Below, piece by piece: positions 1 to 11,695 of a stretch of 64,000 nucleotides of DNA (position 1 is the first letter of the stretch; every line of letters begins with the position of its first letter). The stretch comes from Candidatus Altimarinota bacterium (GTDB taxonomy: Bacteria; Patescibacteriota; Gracilibacteria; UBA4473), in contig OZ246423.1 in the NCBI GenBank assembly GCA_965231215.1, forward strand, positions 96,001 to 160,000, in the 5' to 3' direction. The translations under genes were made by a program, and so were the position numbers. Under the pieces are notes generated by a model that worked only from the letters and a program-made list of their open reading frames with translations, searched no databases and was not told the origin of the DNA.

Positions 1-1362
1 ATCGGTGATATCACCTTTTTCTGGATCCCCTCCTCCAACTTTAGCTTGATAATATTCAATTCTTTCCCATTCTTCAGCATCAGAATCACTACTAAAGAGA
101 TCCCAGAACTGACCAAGCAGCCCTTTAACCATCATAATAAGTTTTCTAATCATTCCTACTTCCCCCAAAAACCCTCTATCTAGAGCGTCCATAAAGTCAT
201 AAGAATCAGGTCCATTTTCTAATACATAATCTTCATAAAGCTTTGCCTCATCTGTATTTTGCCAATGTTTTGGAACACTTCGAAGCTTTTTAACCATAAT
301 TTCACGGTCCTTTTTAATTCGTTCTAGATCATCATGAGACCCCTCTTTTGTGTATAAATTCCTAAAGTGATTATCAATGTCAGCTACAGTTTTGCCTTCA
401 AGTTTACCTTCAATAGCTTTTTTCACTTGTTCTCGAAGATCTGCAGGGATAGTCGCTACATGCCCTTCTTTTCCAGCCGTAGCAATTAATGATTTATTAA
501 TAGCCGATCTTTGTTCTGGAGATAGCACACTCACCAATAAAGGGTTATCATTAATATCTTTAAAACCTCCAGATCCAACCAGAAGTCGTTTTATATTCCC
601 AGCATGTTCAGTCAGGTTGTTTATACCTGCAATTCCTTCAACTCTTACCTCTAGTTTTTCTTTAATTTCTTCATTCATTTTTTCCTGAGCTTCTTGCCGT
701 TTAATGCTAGCAATAAACTCCAGGTTAGTTCTAAATAACTTCTCTAGCTCTGCATAAGCTTTATCAGTCAAAAGGTCTACAAGAATTTCTTTAGCTTTTT
801 CACTTCTCAAAAAAGCTTCTGGATCTGGCATATTTCGAGCATGATCTCGAACCTCCTCTACTAACTGACCAACATTAGGAATGTCTCGCAGCATTCTAGA
901 TTGTTCAAAGCTGAGATTAAAACTTTCAACTCGAGCTGTTTCTAAAGCTCCTGTAGCATTCTGCTTTACAATAGTCTGATGATTAGAAACTCTAACAAGA
1001 AGTTTTTCTTTAATTTTTTCAAATGCTGCATCATCTACAGCATTAACTTTAGTGGTAATTTCTGACTTAATTGACCCCTTAAAAAATTCAGCTAAAAATA
1101 AAAAATCTACTTTAAACTGATCAATTGTATAAGCATTTACGGCTTCCTTGTTTGTCTTGATGTCACTTAACCGCTGCATCAAGTTTTTAATTCTATTGAA
1201 TTTAGCTCTATCAATATTATCTAAAGCCGTTTGATCAATATCACTATCAATTTTATTCGCCAAATTATCGAGTGAAAAATCAGCCATCTCTACACCAAGA
1301 GTCGTTCCCCTTTTCAGGAGTTCTTTGGTTTCGTTTCTTTCATTTTGATTAAGATCGCTCAT
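1..1362 (-). CDS. Large acidic, helical hypothetical protein (runs off the window edge; >454 aa)
   Basis: Absent from the ORF track. Manual translation gives ATG at 1362 (MSDLNQNERNETKELL...) and an open frame to position 1; it starts 10 nt after the stop of the 1014-aa ORF. Confidence 0.85.
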   Translation of the reverse strand, partial: MSDLNQNERNETKELLKRGTTLGVEMADFSLDNLANKIDSDIDQTALDNIDRAKFNRIKNLMQRLSDIKTNKEAVNAYTIDQFKVDFLFLAEFFKGSIKSEITTKVNAVDDAAFEKIKEKLLVRVSNHQTIVKQNATGALETARVESFNLSFEQSRMLRDIPNVGQLVEEVRDHARNMPDPEAFLRSEKAKEILVDLLTDKAYAELEKLFRTNLEFIASIKRQEAQEKMNEEIKEKLEVRVEGIAGINNLTEHAGNIKRLLVGSGGFKDINDNPLLVSVLSPEQRSAINKSLIATAGKEGHVATIPADLREQVKKAIEGKLEGKTVADIDNHFRNLYTKEGSHDDLERIKKDREIMVKKLRSVPKHWQNTDEAKLYEDYVLENGPDSYDFMDALDRGFLGEVGMIRKLIMMVKGLLGQFWDLFSSDSDAEEWERIEYYQAKVGGGDPEKGDITD

Positions 1363-1372
1363 TTTGACTTAA

Positions 1373-4300
1373 TTATTCTTCAGTGCCAGGGACCGTTTTT
1401 GCTCCTCCTGCTATATGAACGAAAAAAGCTTTTACATTTTCAAAGTTGTCATCCCACACATACCCAGTTCCATCTACATGGAGGAATTTTTTATCTGAAA
1501 GAGACTTTTTGGTTCCATCTGCCATATAAACATCATTATCCCAAGTATACCAAGAGTATTCATCTTCACGGAAAGTCATACCATCAAGGCTCCCTGAGTC
1601 TTCACAGTACTTAAGGAAATTTTTCAAATCATCTGCATCAATTTTTCCGTGAGAGTTATCTTTATTCATATAGTTCAATAAAGAGCTTAATGATTTTACG
1701 AATTGACCATCCTTAACTAAGCTTTCAGGAATAGAGCTAATTGGATTATCCAATACAGAGGCATCAAATTTATCCTTATGAGATCCAAGTAGAGCAATGC
1801 GCTGCTCCACAACCTCTTGCTGCTTAGCAATAGCCTCAGCATCAGGTACTTTTCCATCTTCACCTGGTTTAAACTCCCTGGCCCATTGTAATTTAGTGGC
1901 TAGTGTCTTATCAGCTTCTGGAGAATTCCAATCTCCAAAGTCATCGAGTACTTCCCCACCTTCTTTCAATTTAAATTCAAAGGCATCACCGTTAACCGCT
2001 AGATCAATATGTTCTGATTGGAAGTTCCCAAGGTTATCAAGGGTTCGCCAATCTAGACCTTTATTTAGGGCCATTTTTATATTTGGTTGATCTTGTTTAT
2101 CCAGAACCCCTTCCTGAAGTTTTTTACGATCTTCAGGCGTCAGGTCTTTAATAAATTTGTAGACATCTTTTCCACTTGGATTTGGCCCAAGTCCTTTAAT
2201 GTTTGTTTTTTTGAATTTTGGCATATTTTCTTCCAAGAATTTTTTCACGTCTTCCGGAAGTTCTTTGTAATCATCTGGGCTTAGATCTAAAGCGGCAGCT
2301 CTTAGAGCATCTTTAACCGCTTCTTTATCTTCATTCGCAATGCCTCGTTCTTTTTCTAGTGGGTCTTTACCAGTGAGTTGTCCTGTAAGTTGTTTGAACA
2401 TCAAGATAAACTTACGGAGCAATATAAAGAGTCCTTCTAGTCCCTTAATAGGCTCATCTTCTTGAATATATTTATCAAAAGATTTAGTAAATTGACCATT
2501 TTTAAGTCCTTCAATCCATCGATTCCACCGAGGAGTCCCTACATGTTCTGGGAATTTATCAAAGGCTGTATTAATAAGCTCATCTATTTTTTTAAATTTA
2601 TCTTTTGAAAGGTCTTGTTTAATACCTTCTTTCACACTATCCCATGTTTCATGCTCTTTAGCTAAAGCTGTAGCATAGTCCTTGATACGAGGCATGATTT
2701 TAGCTCTTAAGGCATCTATAAGAGCTTTAGCTTTACTTGGGTCTGCCTGAATTCCAGCCACCAAAGTATCAAATTCTCCTTGTAGATCTAAAGCCCTCAT
2801 AAGCCGGTCAGCCGTTGGCGTTTGTGAGGCTTTATCTTCTTTTCCAAAAAGTTCACTAATTCCTCCCAAATTACTCACAGAAGTAATAGCTCCTCCTAAA
2901 GGATTACTCATAGCATCTTTTACACGTTGAGATGGATCTGTAGCTGTGGCGTCAGGATCAGTTTTGGGTAGGCTTTTAGCAAATTTTTGTAGTTCCCCAA
3001 AGGCTAATTCTAACTTAGCCGTTAATTGAGCGGTTAGTTTTTCGGCGCTAATTTTTCCGTTTTCCAAAGATCCCTCTAGGAACTCTTTATCATCTTGGAA
3101 TTCTCGCCAAATTTCACGAGCTCTTTCTAAGTGTTCAGTTTCAGGCACAATCTCCATATTAGGTGAACGTGTTGGTTGTTTAGCAAGTTCATCCATAGCG
3201 TTTAAAAGTTGATCTACATCGGCTTCCGCATCTGCTTTTTTCTCTATTGGTTTAAACTTGTCCGGAGAAACCAATCGATCAAAACCAAATTCTAATCCTG
3301 CTTTTACCTGAGCCTCACTCGCTCCAAGCTTATTAGAAAGCTCTTTCGCAAATTCAGGATCTTTAATAAGTTTTTGAACCGCATTATATTGAGCTTGGTA
3401 AGCTTCTTTACTCATAATAGCGTCTACTAGTTTCCCTCGAATGGCCTCTTTCGTACCTTCCACTCCCAAGGCTTTACCAAAGAGTTCATAAAACACTTGT
3501 TTACGAACATCTACCGTTTCATTGGTCTCAACCGAAGTTGTAGCTACTTCTTTTCCTTTTAATTCTGGGAAAGCTTGTTCAAAGATTTTCGCTTGAGCCT
3601 CAGGGTTAGTAGAGTCTTTAAGCCCTTCAGCCATATTTCTAATATCTGTATCAGTTAGTTTGCTAAAGTCTAGATTTCCAACCTCAGCTTTAAACGGCCA
3701 CTTAGACTTAACGAAATCAATATTCTGTTGTCGGTTAGCCTTTTCAGGATCCTGTACTTTTTCAGGTTCTGTATCTGGATTGACGGGTCTAGTTGGTTTA
3801 CCTTTAAAAATAGATTCAAGAATCGTTCCCTTAATAGTATCGGTAAATATTGTTTGTTTTTCAGCTTGAGTTTTAAATCCATCATCCCCTAGTTGGTTTT
3901 CATAAATATCCTCTAGGATTGCTTGTAAATCTTGATTTAGAGGAAAGCCTCTTTCGAGTTGATCAATAACCAACGCTAGATCCGTAAGTTGAAGCGCTTG
4001 TTTTAGTTGTTTAAGACCCTCAATTATAGCCGCTTTATCTTTTTGTTCTAAACCAGCTTCAGATAAGTCATCTGTTCCAAAGTTTCCAGTATTCTGAAGC
4101 TTTGTAATATCGATTCCCAACTGAGAAGCTAACCACATAGCTTTTTCCGCATTGTTTCCAGCCGCAATATTAAGAGCCTCTAAAATAGCTGCCTCTGGAA
4201 TATTAGTGTCACCAGCTTGGATTATCATTTGCCTTACAACTCCAATTTCTTTCTTGATATCCTCATCAGAACATTCGACATCTTGTTCACATTTCTCTAG

Positions 4301-4417
4301 ATGTTGTCGCGTGACTAAGTTTTCTTTTAGACGCTCTTTGTCACGAGCTGGATCTTTATCAACATCTTTAACTTCGATATCTCCTAAAGCCGTAATTTCT
4401 TTTTTTAGATCTGCCAT
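1373..4417 (-). CDS. 1014-aa acidic, mostly helical hypothetical protein
   Basis: Long E/D/K-rich ORF with no signal peptide and one amphipathic segment (GLEGLFILLRKFILMFKQLTGQL). Confidence 0.85.
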   Translation of the reverse strand: MADLKKEITALGDIEVKDVDKDPARDKERLKENLVTRQHLEKCEQDVECSDEDIKKEIGVVRQMIIQAGDTNIPEAAILEALNIAAGNNAEKAMWLASQLGIDITKLQNTGNFGTDDLSEAGLEQKDKAAIIEGLKQLKQALQLTDLALVIDQLERGFPLNQDLQAILEDIYENQLGDDGFKTQAEKQTIFTDTIKGTILESIFKGKPTRPVNPDTEPEKVQDPEKANRQQNIDFVKSKWPFKAEVGNLDFSKLTDTDIRNMAEGLKDSTNPEAQAKIFEQAFPELKGKEVATTSVETNETVDVRKQVFYELFGKALGVEGTKEAIRGKLVDAIMSKEAYQAQYNAVQKLIKDPEFAKELSNKLGASEAQVKAGLEFGFDRLVSPDKFKPIEKKADAEADVDQLLNAMDELAKQPTRSPNMEIVPETEHLERAREIWREFQDDKEFLEGSLENGKISAEKLTAQLTAKLELAFGELQKFAKSLPKTDPDATATDPSQRVKDAMSNPLGGAITSVSNLGGISELFGKEDKASQTPTADRLMRALDLQGEFDTLVAGIQADPSKAKALIDALRAKIMPRIKDYATALAKEHETWDSVKEGIKQDLSKDKFKKIDELINTAFDKFPEHVGTPRWNRWIEGLKNGQFTKSFDKYIQEDEPIKGLEGLFILLRKFILMFKQLTGQLTGKDPLEKERGIANEDKEAVKDALRAAALDLSPDDYKELPEDVKKFLEENMPKFKKTNIKGLGPNPSGKDVYKFIKDLTPEDRKKLQEGVLDKQDQPNIKMALNKGLDWRTLDNLGNFQSEHIDLAVNGDAFEFKLKEGGEVLDDFGDWNSPEADKTLATKLQWAREFKPGEDGKVPDAEAIAKQQEVVEQRIALLGSHKDKFDASVLDNPISSIPESLVKDGQFVKSLSSLLNYMNKDNSHGKIDADDLKNFLKYCEDSGSLDGMTFREDEYSWYTWDNDVYMADGTKKSLSDKKFLHVDGTGYVWDDNFENVKAFFVHIAGGAKTVPGTEE

Positions 4418-4427
4418 TTTTTAAATT

Positions 4428-4550
4428 TTATGAAAGAGTGGGACTTACATTTTTTTCGTTCATCAGCTGAATCAAGTGATGTTCTAGTGCTGATAACATT
4501 TTCATTTTTTCATGATTATCGAAATCGTCAGCCGCTACTTTAATATCCAT
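4428..4550 (-). CDS. Small hypothetical protein (40 aa)
   Basis: Manual translation MDIKVAADDFDNHEKMKMLSALEHHLIQLMNEKNVSPTLS*; fills the gap with about 10-nt spacing on both sides. Confidence 0.5.
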   Translation of the reverse strand: MDIKVAADDFDNHEKMKMLSALEHHLIQLMNEKNVSPTLS

Positions 4551-4559
4551 TTTCAGGGT

Positions 4560-4736
4560 TTAGAGATTTTTAAGTTGTTCATCGAAATCCTTTTCAAATT
4601 CCTCCATTTCGGCTTCTTCATGAGCTTCGATACGCTTGTTGAGCTTGCGCACCTCCTCCTGGCTGGCAATCTTTCCACCGAAAATTCCTCGGTTTTTGCT
4701 GCCTCTGCGCCAAAATTTTTTGTAGAATCGGGCCAT
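4560..4736 (-). CDS. Small hypothetical protein (58 aa), basic N-half and acidic C-half
   Basis: Manual translation MARFYKKFWRRGSKNRGIFGGKIASQEEVRKLNKRIEAHEEAEMEEFEKDFDEQLKNL*; first gene of a minus-strand run divergent from ligA. Confidence 0.6.
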   Translation of the reverse strand: MARFYKKFWRRGSKNRGIFGGKIASQEEVRKLNKRIEAHEEAEMEEFEKDFDEQLKNL

Positions 4737-4749
4737 AGGATTTAAATAA

Positions 4750-6858
<2,109 letters not shown>

Positions 6859-6952
6859 AAATATGTATACGCGTGAACTTTTTGAGTTCGTTTTTTGCCT
6901 TTACAAAAAATGAGTCAGGTAAAAGAGCTGATATGAGCGTTTGTTTTTTACT

Positions 6953-6980
6953 TTGACCTTAACTAAAATCTTTTTACAAT
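6953..6980 (+). promoter_or_regulatory. Putative sigma70 promoter for secDF
   Basis: TTGACC-N16-TACAAT, 30 nt before the ATG. Confidence 0.55.
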
Positions 6981-7010
6981 CTCGCAAGAAATTATCCACA
7001 TTATACATAA

Positions 7011-9176
7011 ATGCGAAAACAGATTTTAAACCGTTTTGGATTTGTAGTGCTTATAGGCCTCATCGCTGGAAGCTTAAGTATCCCTGCTACCTATTACGCA
7101 AAAGTTTTGGGTGAAGATCACACCATTACTCAAAAAATTGAAAGTCTCAAAGTAACCCTTGGCCTCGATCTCGCTGGAGGAACTGAACTAGACTATCGAA
7201 TTGATATGAGCGAAGCTATCGCCAAAAACAATGACGATGATGCCCTTAATGATATCGTCCTCAATGAATTAGCTGAGTCTGTGAGAGATAAAGTAGAACA
7301 AAGAGTTAACCCTGCCGGGATTGGAGAGATTATTGTAAAAAGAGCACAGGTTAATCAAGAAGAACATATCCTGGTTCAAATGCCTCCTTCTATTAATGTA
7401 GAAAAAGCCAAACGTGATGCTGAAAAAGACAATCGATTGGAATTTTTTGAAGAGAATGAAAGTGCTGTTGTGGCTAAAAGACTCGAAATTGCCGAACTTA
7501 TCACCTTTGATCTAAGCGCTGAAAAATGGGATCAGAACGCTCCAGAAGCCGCTAAGCGGTTTGAGGGAAGTTTTGAAAGTTTTGAAGCGACATTTAAAGA
7601 TGAAATGACCGATAGCGAGTTTGCCGACAAGTTATTTGCCGCAAACCAAGGTGAGGTGATTCAAGAAATTATCGAAACAACTATCCAGCCTCAATATACA
7701 CTCACCGAAGACGGAGAACTCCAATTTGATGGAGTCCCTTACCCACGGCAAGTGTTAGCGGTAGTGCGCGTAACTGACAAACAAAACGTTGAAAGAGAAA
7801 AAACTACAGAAGCAGAAGCAGAAGCGAGACATATTCTCTTCGCCTACCCTGGCGCTCTGAGAGCCGGCGAAGACCTTCCCTACGATTCAAAAGAAGCCGC
7901 TAAAGCCAAGGGAGAAGAAGTGCTAGAATCTATTAAAAATGGCGCTGACTTTGCCGAAGCTGCCAAAGACTTTTCTACTGGTCCTTCTAGTGTCAACGGA
8001 GGCGATCTTGGGGCTTTCGGTCCTGGAACTATGGCTACTAATTTTAACGATGCCGTGTTCCAATCGGAAGGTCCACAACTGATACCGGATCTCATAGAAA
8101 CCGATTTTGGATACCATATCATCGAAGTGACAAAACTTACCCAAGAAACCACCCAAACAGTTAATGAACCTAAAGTCACCTATGAAGCCGTTGTTTGGGA
8201 TACCAATGACATTGCCTGGCTCAAAACTGACCTTTCAGGAGCCCAACTTGATAATGCTCGAGTTGGATACAGCGAAGTAGGACAGCCACTTGTAGACCTC
8301 CGACTTAATGGAGAAGGCGGCCAAATCTTTGCTAAAATCACCGAAAACTTAGCCGCCCGAAACTGCCGAGGTGATGATTCTTGTAGACTCGGAATTAAAG
8401 TTGGTGGTGAATGGATCAGCCAGCCGTACGTACATGAGAAAATTACCGGAAGAAACGTCCAAATCACCGGTCAATTCACTTATGAATCAGCCAAGGCTTT
8501 AGCCAATGATCTAGAGCTTGGCGCTATTGATGCTCCTATTATCCTGAGTGGACAAGTAACCGTTCAGCCAGAACTAGGAGCTGACCAACTAGAAAAAAGT
8601 CTCAAAGCCGCTAGTTTTGGACTTATTGCTACTATCTTATTTATGATCTTGATGTACCGGTTAGCCGGATGTATTGCGGCTATTTCCCTCATCCTTTATA
8701 CCGGGATCTATATAGCCCTGCTTAAACTCTGGCCCATATCACTGGGAGGCCCCATTGTGCTGAGCCTAGCAGGAGCCGCTGGTATTGCCCTTTCTATTGG
8801 GTTGGCAGTGGATGGAAATATTCTTATTTTCGAAAGAATGAAAGAAGAAATCCGTCGAGGTCGAAAACTAGATCAAGCCATTGATCTAGGATTTGAAAGA
8901 GCCTGGAGCGCTATCCGAGACTCAAATCTTACGACCCTCATCACGTGTATTATTCTTTTCTCACTTGGAAGTTCTGTCATCAAAGGATTTGCAATTACGC
9001 TGATTGTAGGAACACTGCTTTCAATGTTTACAGCCATCAACGTTTCTCGAAATTTACTCAGAGCTTTACTACTTTTACCAGGCACAGAGAACCCCAAATT
9101 CTTTGGAGTAAAAGCCGATCATATTGGTAAAAAATCTGTTGGAGCTAAAATCCGAAAAAGAAAATCTAAATCATAA
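7011..9176 (+). CDS. secD: Protein translocase subunit SecD with an inserted parvulin (PpiC) domain
   Basis: LGLDLAGG, GLAVDGNILIFERMKEE, AIRDSNLTT, KGFAITL; internal ARHILF...GGDLG...TDFGYHII. Confidence 0.95.
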   Translation: MRKQILNRFGFVVLIGLIAGSLSIPATYYAKVLGEDHTITQKIESLKVTLGLDLAGGTELDYRIDMSEAIAKNNDDDALNDIVLNELAESVRDKVEQRVNPAGIGEIIVKRAQVNQEEHILVQMPPSINVEKAKRDAEKDNRLEFFEENESAVVAKRLEIAELITFDLSAEKWDQNAPEAAKRFEGSFESFEATFKDEMTDSEFADKLFAANQGEVIQEIIETTIQPQYTLTEDGELQFDGVPYPRQVLAVVRVTDKQNVEREKTTEAEAEARHILFAYPGALRAGEDLPYDSKEAAKAKGEEVLESIKNGADFAEAAKDFSTGPSSVNGGDLGAFGPGTMATNFNDAVFQSEGPQLIPDLIETDFGYHIIEVTKLTQETTQTVNEPKVTYEAVVWDTNDIAWLKTDLSGAQLDNARVGYSEVGQPLVDLRLNGEGGQIFAKITENLAARNCRGDDSCRLGIKVGGEWISQPYVHEKITGRNVQITGQFTYESAKALANDLELGAIDAPIILSGQVTVQPELGADQLEKSLKAASFGLIATILFMILMYRLAGCIAAISLILYTGIYIALLKLWPISLGGPIVLSLAGAAGIALSIGLAVDGNILIFERMKEEIRRGRKLDQAIDLGFERAWSAIRDSNLTTLITCIILFSLGSSVIKGFAITLIVGTLLSMFTAINVSRNLLRALLLLPGTENPKFFGVKADHIGKKSVGAKIRKRKSKS

Positions 9177-9207
9177 ACCCCCTCACCTCACTTATAAACT
9201 TTAAATA

Positions 9208-10107
9208 ATGAATATTACTGCTTTACGTCGAATTTGGATCAGTTTCTCTGCCTGTTTAGTAGCGCTGAGTCTAGGAGCTTCACTGTTGATAGGACTTAAA
9301 CTTGGGCTTGATTTCACCGGTGGTGCTCGTTGGGACATGCAATTTGAGGCGCCTACAACCCCTCAAGCAATTCAGACCTTCTTTGACGGTCGTACAGAGC
9401 TCACGCAAGAAGTGGATGTGCAAAGATCAGAAGATCAAACCTTTTTGGTAACCATTGAAGATCTAGATGATAAAACTATTCAGACTCTAGCCAGCGACCT
9501 TCGAACTGAAGTCGGAAATTTCACGGAAGTTTCCTATCGAAAAGTCGATGCCACTATCGGGCAAAGTTTTAAACAAAAATCTCTTTATGCCATTGTAGCC
9601 GCACTAACAGGTATTATTCTGTTTGTGGCTTTTGTCTTTCGACGTATTCCCGAAGCCATTAACCCTTGGCGATTTGGAGGGGTGGCCATTATTGCGTTAT
9701 TTCACGATATCGCGATTGTCTTTGGACTGTTTGTGGTTCTTGGAATGATAACAGGTGTCGAACTTGATCTCCCATTTATTACTGCACTATTGGCCACGCT
9801 TGGATTCTCGGTCAATGATACGATTGTGATTTTAGATCGAGTACGAGAAAATATCCGTGTACAAAAAGCTCATGAAACTTTTGAAGATACGGTAGAAAAC
9901 TCAATCCAGCAAACCCTTATGCGATCTATCAACACTTCTATTTCTACTCTACTGCCACTACTTGGGCTCCTATTTCTCGGAGCTGAAGCTATTTTTTACT
10001 TCGTACTAGCCCTTACCGTAGGCATCTTGATTGGAACCTATTCTTCTATTTTCCTAGCGGCTCCATTACTAGTTGAATGGAAATATTGGGCCGATAGACG
10101 CGGCTAA
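9208..10107 (+). CDS. secF: Protein translocase subunit SecF
   Basis: GLDFTGG, ALFHD, GFSVNDTIVILDRVRE, RSINTS, GTYSSIF. Confidence 0.97.
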   Translation: MNITALRRIWISFSACLVALSLGASLLIGLKLGLDFTGGARWDMQFEAPTTPQAIQTFFDGRTELTQEVDVQRSEDQTFLVTIEDLDDKTIQTLASDLRTEVGNFTEVSYRKVDATIGQSFKQKSLYAIVAALTGIILFVAFVFRRIPEAINPWRFGGVAIIALFHDIAIVFGLFVVLGMITGVELDLPFITALLATLGFSVNDTIVILDRVRENIRVQKAHETFEDTVENSIQQTLMRSINTSISTLLPLLGLLFLGAEAIFYFVLALTVGILIGTYSSIFLAAPLLVEWKYWADRRG

Positions 10108-10173
10108 AATTTAGGTTTTGAAAATTAAACAAAAGTAATTAGTATTAAGGCATAATTTAAACACAAAAAAATC

Positions 10174-10770
10174 ATGCCCCCAATTTTAGGTCCGCTTCGT
10201 ACTATGTGGTTCCAACCTAGAGCCACCGCCAAAGACGTCCTCAATTTTGAAGCAACCGAAGGCCTGATTATGTTTATGGCCTTTTTGGCTGGGACATTAG
10301 GCGCTCTCCCAACAGCGGTTCCCCAAATGCTAAGCGAAAATAACACCGCCGTTACCGCCTCTATAGTAAACATTATTGTCGCTGGAATCGTGAGTGTCCC
10401 ATTCTTTTATATAGGGACTTGGATTGTCCAAAAAATAGGCCAGCTCTTAGGCGGTACTGCCGAATTTAGTGATGTACGAATGGCCACTGCTTGGGGGAAC
10501 CTGCTCCCAGGAATGCTGGTAGTCATACTCGTTTCGATTATGGTAGCTCTATCCTTTAAGGCTGAGAATGAGGGTCTTGGACAAATTTTTGGACTCATCC
10601 AACTGATTCTAGGATTTTGGATATTTATGATTTATTTGAACTTTATAGTAGAAGCCAATGACTTTTCTCTACTCAGAGGTTTGATCACCATTATGGTAAG
10701 TTTGATCCTCATTTTTGGTATGGTTATGATAGCAGGAATATTAGCCGTTAACATCGGGCTAAGCTTTTAA
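10174..10770 (+). CDS. Yip1-family membrane protein
   Basis: MWFQPRAT N-terminal motif, about 5 TM helices, LLGG.AEF and AWG motifs. Confidence 0.75.
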   Translation: MPPILGPLRTMWFQPRATAKDVLNFEATEGLIMFMAFLAGTLGALPTAVPQMLSENNTAVTASIVNIIVAGIVSVPFFYIGTWIVQKIGQLLGGTAEFSDVRMATAWGNLLPGMLVVILVSIMVALSFKAENEGLGQIFGLIQLILGFWIFMIYLNFIVEANDFSLLRGLITIMVSLILIFGMVMIAGILAVNIGLSF

Positions 10771-10798
10771 GAAGTAATAAAGAAATTCACAGTTTTTT

Positions 10799-11536
10799 AT
10801 GGGGCAATTTAACCTTTTTGAAAACAAAGAAAATATCAAGGCCACTTACCCGCAAGACGTCAAACCTCCAGCTATTGAAGATGGCTGGAAAACCGCTCTA
10901 TCAGCAGAGTTTCAGGCTGATTATTTTAAAACACTAAAAGCCTTTTTAACCGCTGAAATAAAGGCAAAAAAGGTCATCTATCCTCATCCAAAAAATATCT
11001 TTAAAGCCTTTAATCAGTGTGCCTTTGATAACACCAAAGTCGTTCTTTTAGGACAAGATCCCTATCATGGCCCAGGACAAGCAAATGGTCTTTCTTTCTC
11101 CGTAAACAAGGGCGTCAGAATTCCACCCAGTCTACAGAATATTTATAAAGAAATTCATGATGATTTAGGGTACCCAATCCCTACACATGGGAATTTAGAA
11201 TACTGGGCCAATCAAGGCGTTTTATGCCTAAACGCTACCCTTACCGTAGCACATAAAAAGCCTACTTCCCATAGTGGGCAAGGCTGGGAAATTTTCACCG
11301 ATAACGTTATAAAAATCTTGTCAGATAAAAAAGAAAATGTTGTCTTTCTCTTGTGGGGTAGTTTTGCTAGATCCAAAAAAACACTCATAGATCCTCAGAA
11401 ACACCATATTCTAGAAGCTCCACATCCATCCCCTTTTTCAGCCCACAGCGGCTTTTTTGGGTGTAAACATTTTTCACAGACTAACCAGCTTTTAACCCAA
11501 AACAATTTAACTCCCATTGATTGGCAAAATCCCTAA
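10799..11536 (+). CDS. ung: Uracil-DNA glycosylase (family 1)
   Basis: GQDPYH, PPSLQNI, GVLCLN, HPSP motifs. Confidence 0.97.
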   Translation: MGQFNLFENKENIKATYPQDVKPPAIEDGWKTALSAEFQADYFKTLKAFLTAEIKAKKVIYPHPKNIFKAFNQCAFDNTKVVLLGQDPYHGPGQANGLSFSVNKGVRIPPSLQNIYKEIHDDLGYPIPTHGNLEYWANQGVLCLNATLTVAHKKPTSHSGQGWEIFTDNVIKILSDKKENVVFLLWGSFARSKKTLIDPQKHHILEAPHPSPFSAHSGFFGCKHFSQTNQLLTQNNLTPIDWQNP

Positions 11537-11695
11537 TTATATAAATACAATTTTTTAAAAATAAAAAAACTTTACAAATATAAAATTTTATCAATAGTAG
11601 CTTCGTAACATAAAAAATAAATCCAAAAAGAAATCCTTATCAAAAAGGGTTCCTTTTTTATTTTTTACCACAAAATTCTTTAATTTTTTTCACCC

